Positions 23,401-36,954 of a DNA stretch of 64,000 nucleotides are shown one piece after another. The DNA lies in contig NW_005434656.1 in the NCBI RefSeq assembly GCF_000315625.1, forward strand, positions 231,741-295,740, written 5' to 3'. The notes under the pieces were generated by a model. That model searched no databases and had not been told where the DNA came from. It worked only from the letters and a program-made list of their open reading frames with translations. This stretch comes from Guillardia theta CCMP2712. Lineage: Eukaryota; Protista; Cryptophyta. A program made the position numbers and the translations under genes. Each line of letters starts with the position of its first letter. Positions within the stretch are counted from its first letter, which is position 1.

Positions 23401-26391
23401 TCATCATCAACATCCATTTTCCTTGTCATCATCTCCACTACAAGATCTGCTCCTTCTGCTCCTTCTCACAACTTCGTCACCTGGAATCCTGATCTCCTCG
23501 TCAACGAGCGTGAGCAGCCCCGTCTGCCTGTCCTCTACCTCTCAAGTCAGACCTTCAGTCTTCTCCACCCAAACATCCCAACCTATCGCTTCAAGCTCTT
23601 CTCGTTACTAACAAAGTCCACGAGGGAGAAGGTCAGCCCTTCCTCTCGGTACGTCTCTTGCTCGAATGCAAACATGTGGTTGTTGAACAAGCTCTGCAGC
23701 CTCTCGTTTGCGTAGTTGATCAGGAGCTGCTCGAACCCGTTGACTTCCAGCGACTCGAAGCCGAAGATGTCGAGAACGTTGATTACGCTACATCCCCTCG
23801 CCTCGCACCTCTCTAGGACTTTCTGCACTTCCTGCTCCTCGTCCAAAGGCTCCTCCTCCTCTTTCACCCTCTCCTCCTTCTCCTCCTCCTCCTCCTCCTT
23901 CACTTGTCTCCTCACGACGTTGGACAGGAGAGCCAGGTTCATCCTCCTGACCAGCCAACTGAACAATCTCTCATAGATTACCTTGCACATCCCGTCTCTT
24001 GCTTCCCCTGCTCGCTCTTCTGACCGATCCACCCCTACCTCCTCCCCTGCCAGCCGCACTTTCCTCGTGCAGAGCGTCTCCTCCAGCTCCGAGCACGAGC
24101 ACTGCAAGCACGCCGCCGCTGCCAGCAGCGCATGCGAGCTCGAACTTCGGTCGACTCGCGCTCCTTCTGCTCCGACCGTCATGGCTGGCGACGAGAGCAC
24201 ACAAAACGGAGGAGGAAAGAGAAGATGGGAAGAGGAACGAGGAGGATGAGAACGGGGGTGGTTGTGGGGGCGGGGGGGGGAGGGGAGGAGAGGAGGGGAG
24301 GGGAGGAGGCGGAGAAAGCTTGTTACCAGTGGAGTTTTTGGATTCTACAGGGAGGAAGAGGATATTCCCCAAGGAGAGGATGAGACCGACGGTGCTCATC
24401 ACGTTGTCAACCTCCTCCTCCGTTAGCCCTCCTCCTCTCATCGCCTCCTTCGTGCTCTCTAGCGTTGACCTGCCATCTCTCTCGTTGTCTTCGCTTCCTA
24501 CTGGGGCATGTAAGGAAGAGGAACGAAGGGGGGGGAAACAATTCTTTGCCTCCCAGGAGGCGGAATGTAGGGAATGAAGGAGAAGCACTTTGCATGTGTT
24601 TCTGTTCGTCAAGGTGTAAGTTAGTTCATGAAAGGAAGGAGAAATCGAGCAAGAGTCAAGGATGGTAGAGGAGAGGAAGGGGAAGAGGTAGAGGAAGAGG
24701 AAGAGGAAGAGGAAGAGGAAGAGGAAGAGGAAGAGGTAGAGGTAGAGGTAGAGGTAGAGGTAGAGGTAGAGGAAGAGGAAGAGGAAGAGGAAGAGGAAGG
24801 AGACCTGGTATTGATAGAAGATGTGGAAATTTCGCTCTCCCTTCTCAACGTGCGCGACCCTGGATCTCTCCAGGAGGAAGACGTTAATGGAGCATCCTTG
24901 CAACGAGTACTTGCTGTCTGCCCTCGAGAAGTAGAGAGAGACAAACTTTCCGTAGCGGGAGGAGTTCTGGTTCCTGACAGTCGCTGCGTTCCCAAAGGCT
25001 TGCAAGATCGTGTTGGACAGCAGCACCTGAAGGAGAGGAGGATTCAGGGGAAGTGGGCGTCTATGCTGGACCATTTGAATGGAATGAAGGCTGGCGGGGA
25101 GGAGGAGGTGGATGAGGAGGACACAAGATGGAAGGTACAATCTCATGCTTCCAGACACAGGTAGCAGTTGCTGAGGAGAGGAACCAAGGAGAGGGTCGCG
25201 AACGACGAACGGGTCAAAAGGATCCGCACGCACCTTCTGCTCCAGACCCTTCACGACTGAGCCAGACTTGCTGGGAGAGCTCCTGCAGCCTTGGAGGGAG
25301 ACGAGGTGGAACAGGAGGAGCTTCGTAGTCTCGGTCTTTCCCGCTCCTGATTCTCCGCTGATCAAGATGGACTGATTTACATCTTCAACCATCATCCTCC
25401 TGTATTGTTCTGTTACACACCCTTTCCCGCACACCCTCGACCGTCATCCACATCATCATCGTCATCATCGTCTCCATCATCATCTTCTCCTCCTCCTCCT
25501 CCTCCTCCATCATCATCATCTTCATCTCCTCCTCCTCCTCCTCCTCCTCCTCCATCATCATCGCCGTCGCCATGGGACATGCCTGAAGGTTTCCTCAGCA
25601 ATGGCAAACGGATGAGGAGGAGAGGAGCTCATTGGGATTCCGAAGAAATCTGACGAGTTGTCATCGGAGAGAGGAGAAGAAAGGAGCCACCTGACGGTTG
25701 TGCCGTCATGGCTGAAGACCCTCCGCTCCATGGGTTTACAGCAATCATCACGGGGCCGGTGTAGGTGTAGAACCTTTGAAACAAGTTCAGGTTCCTCTGA
25801 GAGTAAGAGGGAAGGAGGGGAAGGGAGGAGAGGGAGAGGGAGAGGGAGAGGGAGATGGAGATGGAGAGGGAGAGGGAGAGGGAGAGGGAGAGGGAGAGGG
25901 AGAGGGAGAGGGAGAGGGAGAGGGAGAGGGAGAGGGAGAGGGAGAGGGAGAGGGAGAGGGAGAGGGAAAAGCAGCAGAGGAGGAGAAGCGAGGGAAGGTA
26001 GCCTGACCTCTCTGTCTTGAACCTCTTCTTGAGGGAGTAGAGCAAGTTCGGCTCGTCGAGCAGGGTCAACCTGCACACAAGAGTCAGCAAGTCAGAGGTA
26101 GATGTGACCTTCGATGCTCCAGCACCTCGTCAGATCGTCGGGATCGTCGTTGTCCTCAGGGTTGACCTCCTTCACAAGCTCTCGGGTGACCTGCAGAGCG
26201 GTATCCATCCTGCCTGTCTCAACGCCACCAGCTGTCGTTTCCTCCTCCGTCTCCATGAACTTCACGACAACGCGGCAAGAGGACTCTTCGACGACTCTTG
26301 CTCTCTCCCATCTCTGCGTGGGATGCCATGCCCACACCAGCCGTCCACCTGGCTGCGCTTGCTGTCCGGCCGTTGAGGTAAGAGACGCCAT
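20488..26391 (-). CDS. Myosin heavy chain (N-terminal SH3-like, motor, IQ, short coiled-coil tail), many exons
   Basis: LDEPNLLYSLKKRF, YTYTGPVMIAVNPW, P-loop GESGAGKTETTK, AFGNAATVRNQNSSRYGKF, ERNFHIFYQ, switch II DIFGFE, FEQLLINYANERLQ, HFIRCI, FQLGKSKVF. Confidence 0.95.
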
Positions 26392-26519
26392 CGCCCCCCT
26401 CAGGACTTGCAGGAGGGAGGGGAAGGAAAGATCCAGCGACTGTCAGCAAACAATCAGAATGATGGCAAACCAACACTAGCCACTGCTCTACATTCTCCTC
26501 TATATTTCCCTCCCGTTAA

Positions 26520-26635
<116 letters not shown>

Positions 26636-26916
26636 TCTCCGCGGCGGCATGGTCGTCCGTTGATCATGGTCTCGATGACTCATTTTGACCGCTCCTTTCA
26701 AATTTTCAAACTGTGAGAGGCGGTTGGCGTGTCAAAGGCCACCAGGCGTGTTGACGGTGACTCTATCAAGGTTATGAGTCATCATTAGTCACGGTTGAGT
26801 GAATGCGCCGCCCCCCAGCTGACCGGCCGCGGGTTTCCGGCCCGCCGAGGGTCGTTGGCAGGTGGGGAGAAGGTGGGTGGGTCCGTTTGGGTTCAATTTG
26901 AATCCAGAACTTGGAA

Positions 26917-29498
26917 ATGGTTGCGCGACCTGGCAAGAAGAGGAAAGTGAACGACGATGATGATGAAGTTAAGGTGAGCGAAGATACTGAAATGTCTTCG
27001 AACATTCATCATCTCAAACATTATGCCGCTCATGCTCAACATCATGTTCAATATCATTATCGATAACAGCATCATATTGTCACAAGCATCACCATTGCCT
27101 TGTAAATGTATCTTACAGTCACACCCTCCTTTCTTTTCTCCTTCAGGTCGTCGACGACGTCTTCGAGACCTGCACTTCTGCTCAGCATGAGGTCATCAAC
27201 CTTGCCGCCAGCATTGCTGCCAGGCGAGCAGAGCTCGAGCAAGAGAAGGCCAAGATGCTCTCCGAGAGCTTGCGAGAGCAGGGGATCAAGCAGGAGAAAG
27301 ACTCTCTCCTCTTGCTCAGACCCAGCAGCATCGTGAAGCTAAACGTCGGAGGCACCAAGATTGATGTCAAGCGCAGCACAGTGACTGGCTTCCCGTCGAA
27401 GCTGAGGTGGATGCTAAGGTGAGCTGCGGGAGAGGGCGCGAGACGGGGCTGACTGACGTCTGTGGCGGGCTGGGGAATCAGCGGGCGGTGGGATCACGTC
27501 TACAAGCATGACAGCGAAGGTCGGATCTTGCTGGACTACGACGCCAGCTGGCTGGAGCCTATCATCAACTACCTGGTAACCTCCTGGGAGAAAGGGAAGA
27601 AGGCGTTTGAGGCAAGGGAGGGGAAGGAGAAGCAGAGTTGAGAAAGGCGCAGAGGAGAGAGCGATCTGACTAGACTATGGCAGAGAGAGCTTGCCATGCA
27701 GCAGTCGCCGATGCCGATGGAGCCGCCCAAGGTGGATGGGGAGAATGAGATCGGCTTCAGATACCTGACGCGAGCGCTGGGGCTGGATGGTGTGATCGTG
27801 AACAACAAGCAGATGGATGTCGAAGAGGGCCTGCTCAAGTCATGGGCAAGACCACCCATGACTCAGAGCATCGCGTCAGCCGTCGGATGTGGGAAGGAAC
27901 GCTGCGACTTCAAGCTGCTGTACCGGGCCAGCCGAGACGGCTTCTCGATAGGGACGCAGCAGCAAAAGTGCCAGGGAGAGTCGAACACCCTGACGATCGT
28001 GCGGGACACTGACGGAAACGTTTTCGGAGGCTTCTCGGACGCAGCTCGAGAGTTTAACGGCAGTTACTCGAGGTCGGGGAAGAGTTTTCTCTTCAAGCTC
28101 TCTTCCGGAGAGATTCAGGACCCAGCAGGCCTAAAGCTCTTCCGGGTGCTGCCGGGAAAGGAGGAGAAGGCAGTCCTCAATGACCCTCAGTCCTATGCCG
28201 CGTACGGCGATGGTGCGGACTTGCGCATTGCCAACGAATGTCAGAGTTCAGCGATCAGTCGGTGCAACCTGGGGCACACGTATGATAAGTCGGACGGACA
28301 ACCTCACGAGCTCACAGGAGGGAAGCCGAACTTCCAAGTCGCCGAGCTGGAGGTGTGGAAGGTGTCGCTGGAGCTGGACAAGGCAAAGGAGGCTCCGCCT
28401 ACTGCAGAGAGGATCCCTCGTGACTGCAGCAAGGTGCTAGGAGGGCTGACGAAGCAGTTGGACGCGCTCGAGGCCTTCCAGTACAAGCTGCTGACGAGAG
28501 GAGTGGAGTTGTGCCAGGAGGCGCGAGTGCTGGACGAGGAGGCAGAGGACCTCAAGGCGGAGAAGGCGTACATGAAGGAAGTGGCGAAGGCGATTAGTCA
28601 GGAGAAGGTCGTGTTCTTCAACGTCGGGGGTAGGAAGCTCTACACGATGAAACAGACGCTGGCGCTTGTCCAGGGCTCCAAGCTTTACAAGAGATACGCG
28701 AGCGGCAATGGAGAGGTGCCGGAGGGCGACCTGGACGACGACGGAGACATCTTCCTGGACGTGAACCCTTACTGCTTCGGGAAGATCGTCTCGCACCTCC
28801 GGACTCGCAGGCTGCAGGAGAGCCTCAAGGAAGACGTGAAAGGGCTTCCTCCTGCCATGCTCCAGGTCAGGGCCACGGAGGAGGCGTCGTTCAAGCGGAT
28901 GCTGGCCTTCTTCGAGCTGGACTGGGACGAGCTGGAGGGAAGAAACCTAGACCCTCGTCTCCCTGATTCCATCTTCTCCCGCCACTACTCGAAGCTGCAG
29001 CCATACCTGTCAAACTGTACTGTGGAAACCAAGTGGAGGCTCGTCTGGCGAGGCAGCAAGGACGGTTATTCAGCTGCTGAGATACACAAGAAGTTAAGCC
29101 AGCCGGTAGTCCAGCGCCAGCTCGTGATGGTGAAGGATGGGCAAGGAAACATGTTCGGCGGCTTCACAGACGTGTGGCAAGTTGGGGGAACAGGTTACAT
29201 CCATTCGGCTTCCTCCTTCTTGTTCAGCCTTCGTCGAGCAGGACTGACTGATGAGCAATCCTTCAAGATATGTGGTATGAAACCCGGCATGAACAATCAC
29301 GGTATGCTGCTTGGCGACGGCAACATCTACCACTTCGGTCAAAGGGACTTGATAATCGTTACTAACTGCAACAAGAACAGTTCGAGCTCCTGCGGCGGCA
29401 TCGGAAACACCTTCAACAACCATGGCGTACCTCATCTGCTGACTTCAGGAGCACCATCCTTCAAAGTAGACGAACTCGAGATCTGGACTTTGGCCTAG
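26917..29498 (+). CDS. Tandem BTB/POZ (KCTD-type)-TLDc protein: BTB-TLDc-coil-BTB-TLDc (4 exons)
   Basis: BTB1 IVKLNVGGTKIDVKRST (~27330). TLDc1 LLYRASRDGF..GNVFGGF..FQVAELEVW. BTB2 VFFNVGGRKLYTMKQTL..IFLDVNPYCFGKIVSHLR. TLDc2 LVWRGSKDGY..GNMFGGF..FKVDELEIW. Confidence 0.88.
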
Positions 29499-30085
29499 CT
29501 GACTCGTTCAGTCGCATTTTACTACGTGGCCTCGCCCTGCGATTAAAATTTTCACTGCGTCACATCTCTGAGTACCGTGACTGTTTGACTCGCTCGGAAG
29601 ACGTCCCGCGTGCCACAGGGCCCCGGCCCGAGCCGAGCCGCTCATGTTTCCGAAATCATTTCGAAACAACCTTGAACGTGAATACAAACTGCATGTAGGC
29701 TTTTGTACCAGAAGTCCCTCGAGGGAATATATTATTAACTAAAGGCTAGGCTATAACCAAACCGGGCCGGGCCGCCCGGGCCAGCGGCGGCTGCCGGCCC
29801 GGGCCCTGAGGCTGAAATCACTGCTGAAGTCAGGTGACAGTGAGCCCCGGGGCCGTGGTGGAGATGAGGGCACAAACTCTCTCGAAAATGCAGAGAGGCG
29901 TTCGGTTGTCGGGAGGGAGGAGAGACGGGGATGGCGGAAGGAGAAGGAGAGGAGGGAGAAGATGAAGAGAAGGGAGAGAAGAAGAGGGCCGCAACGAGCC
30001 GAGCGTCGCAGCTTCATGGTATGAGCCTGCCTTCTCAGCACGACGCTGGTACGGCGCACTTGGATATTGCAAGGCGCAGGAATCC

Positions 30086-33000
30086 ATGAGCGGGGAGAGG
30101 AGGGGGGCGGCGGACTTCACTCTGAAGGGGGTGGGGACGTCAGGAAGTTCTACAGCAAGGTCAGGAAGCAATATCCGACGTTCGTCTCCTCTCTCTTCCA
30201 ATGTCGCGCTGCAAAGGGACCGGAGCTCGCCCTCCCGCCCGACAGGGTGGCAACCCTACATCCTCCGAGGGAGGGTTGACAGCCATGCACACGACGGGTT
30301 GCACCGGACCTTCTTCAAGACGGGGAGAGTCGCGGAGATATTCCTCGGCACCAACAAGAGCATGCGGGACAGAACGGCCACTAGCGCCTCGCACAGGCGG
30401 AAGCATGACGAGGGTTTGCAGGATCCTTCCAGGGCAGCCAAAGAATCTCATCGAGATCAGGTGATGCTGAAAATTTATTCACTCTCTCCTCCTCTTCCCT
30501 CCCTCCTCTTGCTCTCTTCTCCTCTGTCCTCTGTCCTCTCCTCTTCCTTGCCACCCCTTACCCTTCGCTCCCCCACCCTCAACACCTCCGGCCTGCCCTG
30601 TCGTCTATCCCTCTCCTCACCACTTCCCTCTCTCAACATCCTCATCATGTGTCACACATTGCAAGTGTGGTATCGTGCGCATGACTTCTCCACCAGATCA
30701 CTCGGAGATTTCAGCTCTCAGTGAACGGACCTGGAGGTAACCTCGTACCCAGCTGGATCAGACCAGGGGACTCGTCTCTGCAGAGATTCTCCTGGCCTTC
30801 TTCCACGACTCTACCAAAGGACAGCCTGTACAAGGGTACAGCTGCCATCTCCTCGGGGAGGACATGGGACAAGGCCATGGAGCCGTTGAGGGGGGCGAAG
30901 TCTGTGCAGGAGGAAGCGGCTTCTGATCACAGTCAGACCCTGCCATGTAACGACCAACTCAACCCAGCTGCGACTCTTTTGATGCTTCTCCTCGCAGCCA
31001 CGAGCTCCAGCGACGACGGGAAGCTGTCGCAGGCGATCACTGTGATCCTAGACTCGAGTTCGACCTTGTTTGACGCTCTTGCTACAGCGAAGGAAGGACC
31101 CGAAGCACATGAACGGTGATCACCCCCATGTTTCGCTCCAGCTTCCGCATCCTGACACCTTCAGTCTCAGTCTTCCTCCCTGCATTCTCCAACGAGACGA
31201 GACAGGAGAGGAGGGTGGCGGCGAGGGGGAATGAGGAGGAGTTCCAATCAGACAGCGAGGAGACCCACAGCTCCAGGATGGATTCACCGCTGACACAGGT
31301 GGGTCCTCGTGGTGACGTGGCTGGTGGCATGGCCGATGGAAGCGCCAAGAGCGGCTGCGCCTTTCCTGCCCCTTCTGACTCGCCGCATGTTGGAAATGCA
31401 GCCTGACCTCTTGGAGTGCGACGACGATGGGGACTCGCAAGACTCCCGCGATCTTCAGATGGAAGGTGGTTGTCATACCCTGTGTTTCAAAGGTCCCTCC
31501 TTACCTTTTCTTGCAACCGAGAAGAAAACTACGACGAGGATGACGAAAGTGAGATCTCCTCCCCCCCCCCTCTCGCCTCTCCCCCCCCCCGCAAAGTCCT
31601 GATGAGGCAGCAGGTGACGTGCAAGACAGCGGCAGGAGTGACAGCGAGAGCGAGTCAGTCGTCGATCCTGGCGAGGTGGCCTATGAAGCCTGAGCTCAAG
31701 GTTCCGGGGGCTGACGTGCGACCTCAGCAGGATGTCGACCAGCTGCTGGACGAAGTCGCCGCTGCCGATGTCAGCGGGCTGAAGGGAAGAGTCTGGCACA
31801 GGTAGGGAGAAGCCCTTGGGAGGCGGTGAGGGAAGAGAGTTGAAGGAGAGAGGAGGAGAGGATTTTCAGGACGAGGACGAGGACGAGGAGAGGAATTGAT
31901 TGTTTGCATGCAGCTGCTTCTTCGGGCGTCCTCCTTCACTGCATTTCTTGCACGATTGGTATCACAATGCCGGAGAGGTTAAGAGTGGAGACGAAGACGA
32001 AAAGAAGGAGGAGGGCAGGAAGCAGGAGGAAGCGACAGAAGAGACGATCTCAGAATCATGGAGCAAGAAGGATGGGACCAGGTCCTGTTGAATGATATCA
32101 ATCTCCTCGTCCTCGCTTGCCCTTCCCCCTTCTGCCCTCCTCGCTCCTCCCTCCTCCTTCTCTCCCTCCTCCTTCCTGCTCCTCGCGCTTGACTCCTTGC
32201 TCCTTGCTCTACCTTCCTCGCTCTTTGCTCCTCTCACTGATGTCCCATCAGCTCGTGGGAGGATGCATGGAAGGACAGTCGAGGGAGAGATCTCTTCTCT
32301 CTCTTGCAGGAGAAAGGCTGGATGAAGCTCAAGATGACAAACAAGAGCTCACAGGTAGACCCTCGTCCCTGCACCTTACCCTCCTCCTCCTCCTCCTCCT
32401 CCTCCTCCTCCTCTTCTCCCCAGTGCCTGTACCCCTCTTCCCTACTGCCCCTCCTCTCTCCTCTCCAGTGCCTTTCGCCTCTTTCCCGCTGCTGCCCTCC
32501 CTGAACTCCTTGCAGGCTCGTAGAGCCCACGAGAATGCTGGTTATGCTGTCTTGCGGAAGGACCAGAACCCGGTGAGGAGGAGGGGACAGGAAATGAGAT
32601 GGAGGGAAGGAAATGAAGGGGGTGAAGGAGGAAGTGGTAGGAAGTAGGAGCAGTTGAAGGAAGAGGATGAAGGAAAGAGAAGGAGCATGGAGGAGGAGCA
32701 TGAAGAGGGAGTAGGAAAGAAGAGGGAAGGAGGAACAAGGGAGCTAGGAAGAAAGAGCAACGAGCAAGTAGGACGGAAGACGCGGGTTACTCACCTTCCT
32801 TCCAGACGGCTGCTCGAACTTCTCATTTCAACTGCTGGTGGGCCCACGCGCTCTCGCCGCATGACAGCAGGTGGAAGAAGCTGCAGGCACATCAGAAAGT
32901 CAATCACTTTCCCGGTCTGCTCCCGCTGCTCCTCCCCTCCCCTCCCCTCCCCTCCCCTCCCCTCCCCTCCCCTCCCCTCCCCTCCCCTCCCCTCCCCTCT

Positions 33001-35632
33001 CCTCCCCTCCCCTCCCCTCCCCTCCCCTCCCCTCCCCTCCCCTTCCTGATCCGCACACGCAGGGACCTTCTGCATTGGTCGCAAGGATCGACTGACGAGA
33101 AATCTGATGCGTTTCAAGCGCCGTGTTGGGAAGGTGTGCAGTAGGAGTCGGAGGATGGATGGAACGAGGAAGGAAGGGAGGGAGGGAGGAAAGGGGAACC
33201 GGGAGTGGAGGAGGTGGAGGAAAGGAGTGGCCACTCCTGCTGTTGACGAGGGATGATGTCGATTCCCTCGCAGGACAAGTGCGACTTTTATCCCTCCACC
33301 TACATTCTTCCTGCGAGCTACACGGAGTTCAAGAATGATTTCCAGGTGCTCGTGCTGGGGGATGTTGTATCCTCTTACTCCTCCTCGCTCAGTCCAGCAA
33401 GGGAGTCTGGATCTGGAAGCCTTGCGCCAGCGCCCGGGGGATCGGGATCAAGATCGTGACGAGACTAGAGCAGGTGGGGGAGGGGAGGATGCGGAGGTTG
33501 GAGGATGAAAAGGGAGCTGAGGGGATGAGAAAGGATGGTGGGGAGGGCGAGGAAAGGAGGAGAGAGGGAGGGAACGAGGTATCGTTCTGACTGGATCATG
33601 ATGAAAGGTGTCGAAGAAGAAGCCAGGGCTCATCCAAGTAATATCCATCTTTCATCTCCGACATTTTTCTTTCCTTTGCATCTTTGATTCCGTTACCTCT
33701 CCCTCCCTCCCTCCCTCCCTCCCTCCCTCCCCTTCCTCTCCTGCTAATCCCTTGTGACGTTATCACCAGGAGTACATCAACTCTCCTCTCCTCATCAACG
33801 GCTTCAAGTTCGACCTTCGTGTCTACGTTCTGGTACATCTTGCGTGCTTGGCCTCCTCCGCAGCTCAACAGCCTCTGCCAGGCCACAAGCTTCAACCCCC
33901 TGAAGCTCTACATCTTCACCAACGGGCTCGTGCGTTTCTCAACGAAGAAGTACAAAAGAGTGAGTGATGGGTTCGCTTCTTTCCTGCCTGTCCTGACCCC
34001 GACGAAAGATCAAGAAGAACTCCAAGGCCGTCTCGCGCTTCATGCACCTCACGAACTACTCCGTCAACAAGAAGTCTTCTTCCTTCCAGGCACTCGAGGG
34101 AGGGCGAGGGGGAACTTGACCGTGACGCGCCCGGCAGGTGCGGAGTGATGCGGACATGGATGCATGGACAGGCAGCAAGTAAAGACGAAGCTCGTCCCTT
34201 CTTCCCTCACCTCACGTCTCAGGTGGTCCATCCGTGCCCTCTGGCGATACCTGCGGGAGGAGCTGGACTACACCCAAGAGAGGGTAGACAAGGTACCGGG
34301 GCCCCGAGGCGCTGAGGAGCGATGACGTCATCACCTGCAGGTCTGGAGCGACATCCGGAGCGTGATCTTGCGCACCTTCATAGCCGCGGAGTCTCACATC
34401 AACATCAACACCTCCCTCCTCCACCTCGACCGTTCCAACTGCTTCGAGCTCTGGGGAGTCGACATCCTCCTGGACTCAGGTTGTCAAACTTCTCCTCCTG
34501 CTCCCCCCCCCCTCCTCTCCCTTCCCACACACACCGCGCCCAGCTGACGTCGGCCTCTCGACAGCCCTGAAGCCATGGCTGGTGGAGGTCAACACGTCCC
34601 CCGACCTGAGCGCGAGCAGCCCTCTTGACAAGTGATGACAAGCTCGTCTCAACGGCTGCAGCCTGACTTGACAGCAGGGAGATCAAGGGCTCACTCTTCA
34701 CCGACACCTTTACTATCGTCGGCGCCGAGGTCGTCAAGCAGAAGAAGCATCATGGCAGGTCCAGGGACCCCCAGGTGACCCCCAGCTGGCCTGTCAAATC
34801 TCGCTGACATGTCACAGCCGGAGACACGTGTGAGGCCGACGGGATCAGCAGATGAAAGCCGGAGGAAGCCGAGCAACAACCTGCAAACAACCTCGACGAG
34901 CTGGTTCAGCGATCTCACACCGGTTGCTGCGCCGGGCTGTGTGTTGTGAACTGACGAGGCCGAGTTCAGCTGGACATCCAGGTGCTCCAGCAGAGCGAGG
35001 ATGAGTTCCGTCGGCAGGAGGTTGTCAAAGTTTTCAAACGTCCTCTGTCCTTCTTTGACAAGAGCCTCAGTCGACACAGTTCGAGATCTTGTACCCCCAC
35101 CCCTCCATGTGCGAGATCTACGAGCCGATGTTCGAAAGCTCGGTGACGATTCTTTCTGTCTGCTTCCTCCTTCCCTGCGCTCGTTCAATCTTCTCTTGCT
35201 CTCTCCTTGTTCCCTCCTAGCCCTTCCTCCTTCCCTTGCTGCTTCTCTCTTCCCTCCTCCCTCCCTCCGTCTCCTCCATCCCCTCTGCTCCCTCTCCCCC
35301 TCCACACGTCCCTTCTTCTTCCTGATGTTGTCACAGAGAAGCTTGAACCGTCTCTTGCACCATTGGGTCAAGGTAGCTGCCCTGCCCTGCCCTGCCCTGC
35401 CTCCTCCCTCCTCCTCCGGGCCCCCGCTCCTCCTCCCCCGCTCCCCTGATCCTCTCCTCGTCCATCGATGGCTCTGATGTTGCCCTACAGTGCAGGGAAA
35501 ATCCTCCTCCTCGACTTTGCGAGCTGCTAGACATGAAGCCTTCAGCGCTGCACACCCGTCGAGAGGAGCCCCAAGTATGTCGTCCTGCGTTGATAAGCGC
35601 GACCCAGACTGTAAAGTTGTAACTAGTCGTTG
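30086..35632 (+). CDS. Tubulin-tyrosine ligase-like polyglutamylase (TTLL4/5-like), many exons; ends approximate
   Basis: FPGTFCIGRKDRL, FYPSTYILP, WIWKPCASARGIGI, QEYINSPLLINGFKFDLRVYV, GLVRFST, MHLTNYSVNK, CFELWGVDILLD, PWLVEVNTSPDL. Confidence 0.92.
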
Positions 35633-36149
35633 AGATGTATGCTGTTGTACAGTTGTGTAGATTCTTTGAAACGGAATAAAGATCACTGTTTTACATGATA
35701 ACATTACAACCTTGATTCAACTTTCATCCCCACGTGCTACTACAGACTAGCTGTTGTCTCCTTCCCCTGTGACGGCAACCCCGGTGTGAACTCCCGCGAT
35801 ACCTGGAGAGCAGCTTGTTAGCTATGGACAAGAACAACCGAGCGTGGACCTTCGTTGGCGATGTCGGCAAGGGACTCGACATAGCACAGGCACTGACTTG
35901 CTGTGATGGGAGCTGAATACTAACTTGGCGATCAGAGGAGCAGGGGGAGGTACAGGGAGACCTGAACGACTATACATGCTCCTCTGCACCTGACGAAGAT
36001 GATACCCGAAGCTCCCTTCCTGGATGAGTTGTAAGATGAGACGAATGACAAGCTTTCGTACTTGCAGTGTATGGTACGTGGGTTGCAGTGAAGAGCAAAG
36101 TACTTCTCTCTCCCCACCCGAATCCCTTCCTGTTGCTCACACATCAGCC

Positions 36150-36718
36150 CTGAAACAGAAAATGGCGAGGATGGACTTTGAAAATTTCAGTTGGGTCTCG
36201 AAAGTTCTTCAAGACGAAGGAAGCAAGCTCCAAGTTTATCTGTAGAGCATCAGGCGATTCCGATGACGCTCGCGTCCAGTTTCACCTCGCAGGGCTTGCG
36301 ACTTTGTATCAGGAAGGGACTTTTGTGCTTGTTCTTGGAGTACTCGATACTCCAGTCGTCCGTAATGATGAGACACAGCTTGTCAATCGAGCTGCTTGCC
36401 TGCCCCACGTTTATACACGGCCCTGCTGCCTCCTCGCTCCTGCCCTCCTGCCTGCTTCACAGTTTCGAGTATGTTCACAAGCCTGACACCCTGAACCCAA
36501 CAGTTGCCTTCTACCTATCTTGTTCCCTCCCTCCCCTCCCTCCCTCCCTCCCTCCCTCCCCTCCCTCCCTCCCTCCCTCCCTCCCTCCCTCCCTCCCTCC
36601 CCTCAGGCCTCTCGCTCTTGGATCGTCTGCTACCCTGCATTGCCTCCTGCCATGTCGCCTCCTCTACCTCCCATGTCGTCAAGACGCTGTTCCACGTATG
36701 CCCCGTTGCGTCCGCCAT
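36150..36718 (-). CDS. Small hypothetical protein (spliced)
   Basis: Complex-sequence segments bounded by plausible splice sites (MADATGHTWNSVLTTWE; CINVGQASSSIDKLCLIITDDWSIEYSKNKHK; INLELASFVLKNFRDP). No family recognised. Confidence 0.35.
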
Positions 36719-36954
36719 GGCGGAAAATTATTCCCTGAGACTATCAGATCTGATGGGCCCGATCATTTCAAATGATGCCTCGAAATCTCAGACAGGAAAA
36801 ACTGAGTGTCCTTTTAATTTGAAATTATCTATGAAAACATTTTGGTCTTTTCTGTTTGATTTCTTTTTTGACGTGGTACCAGATTTGGGTCTCCTGGCCC
36901 TGAATCATGGACTAGTCACTGCCGCTCGCCGACGACCATGGCGCGCGAGAGGAA

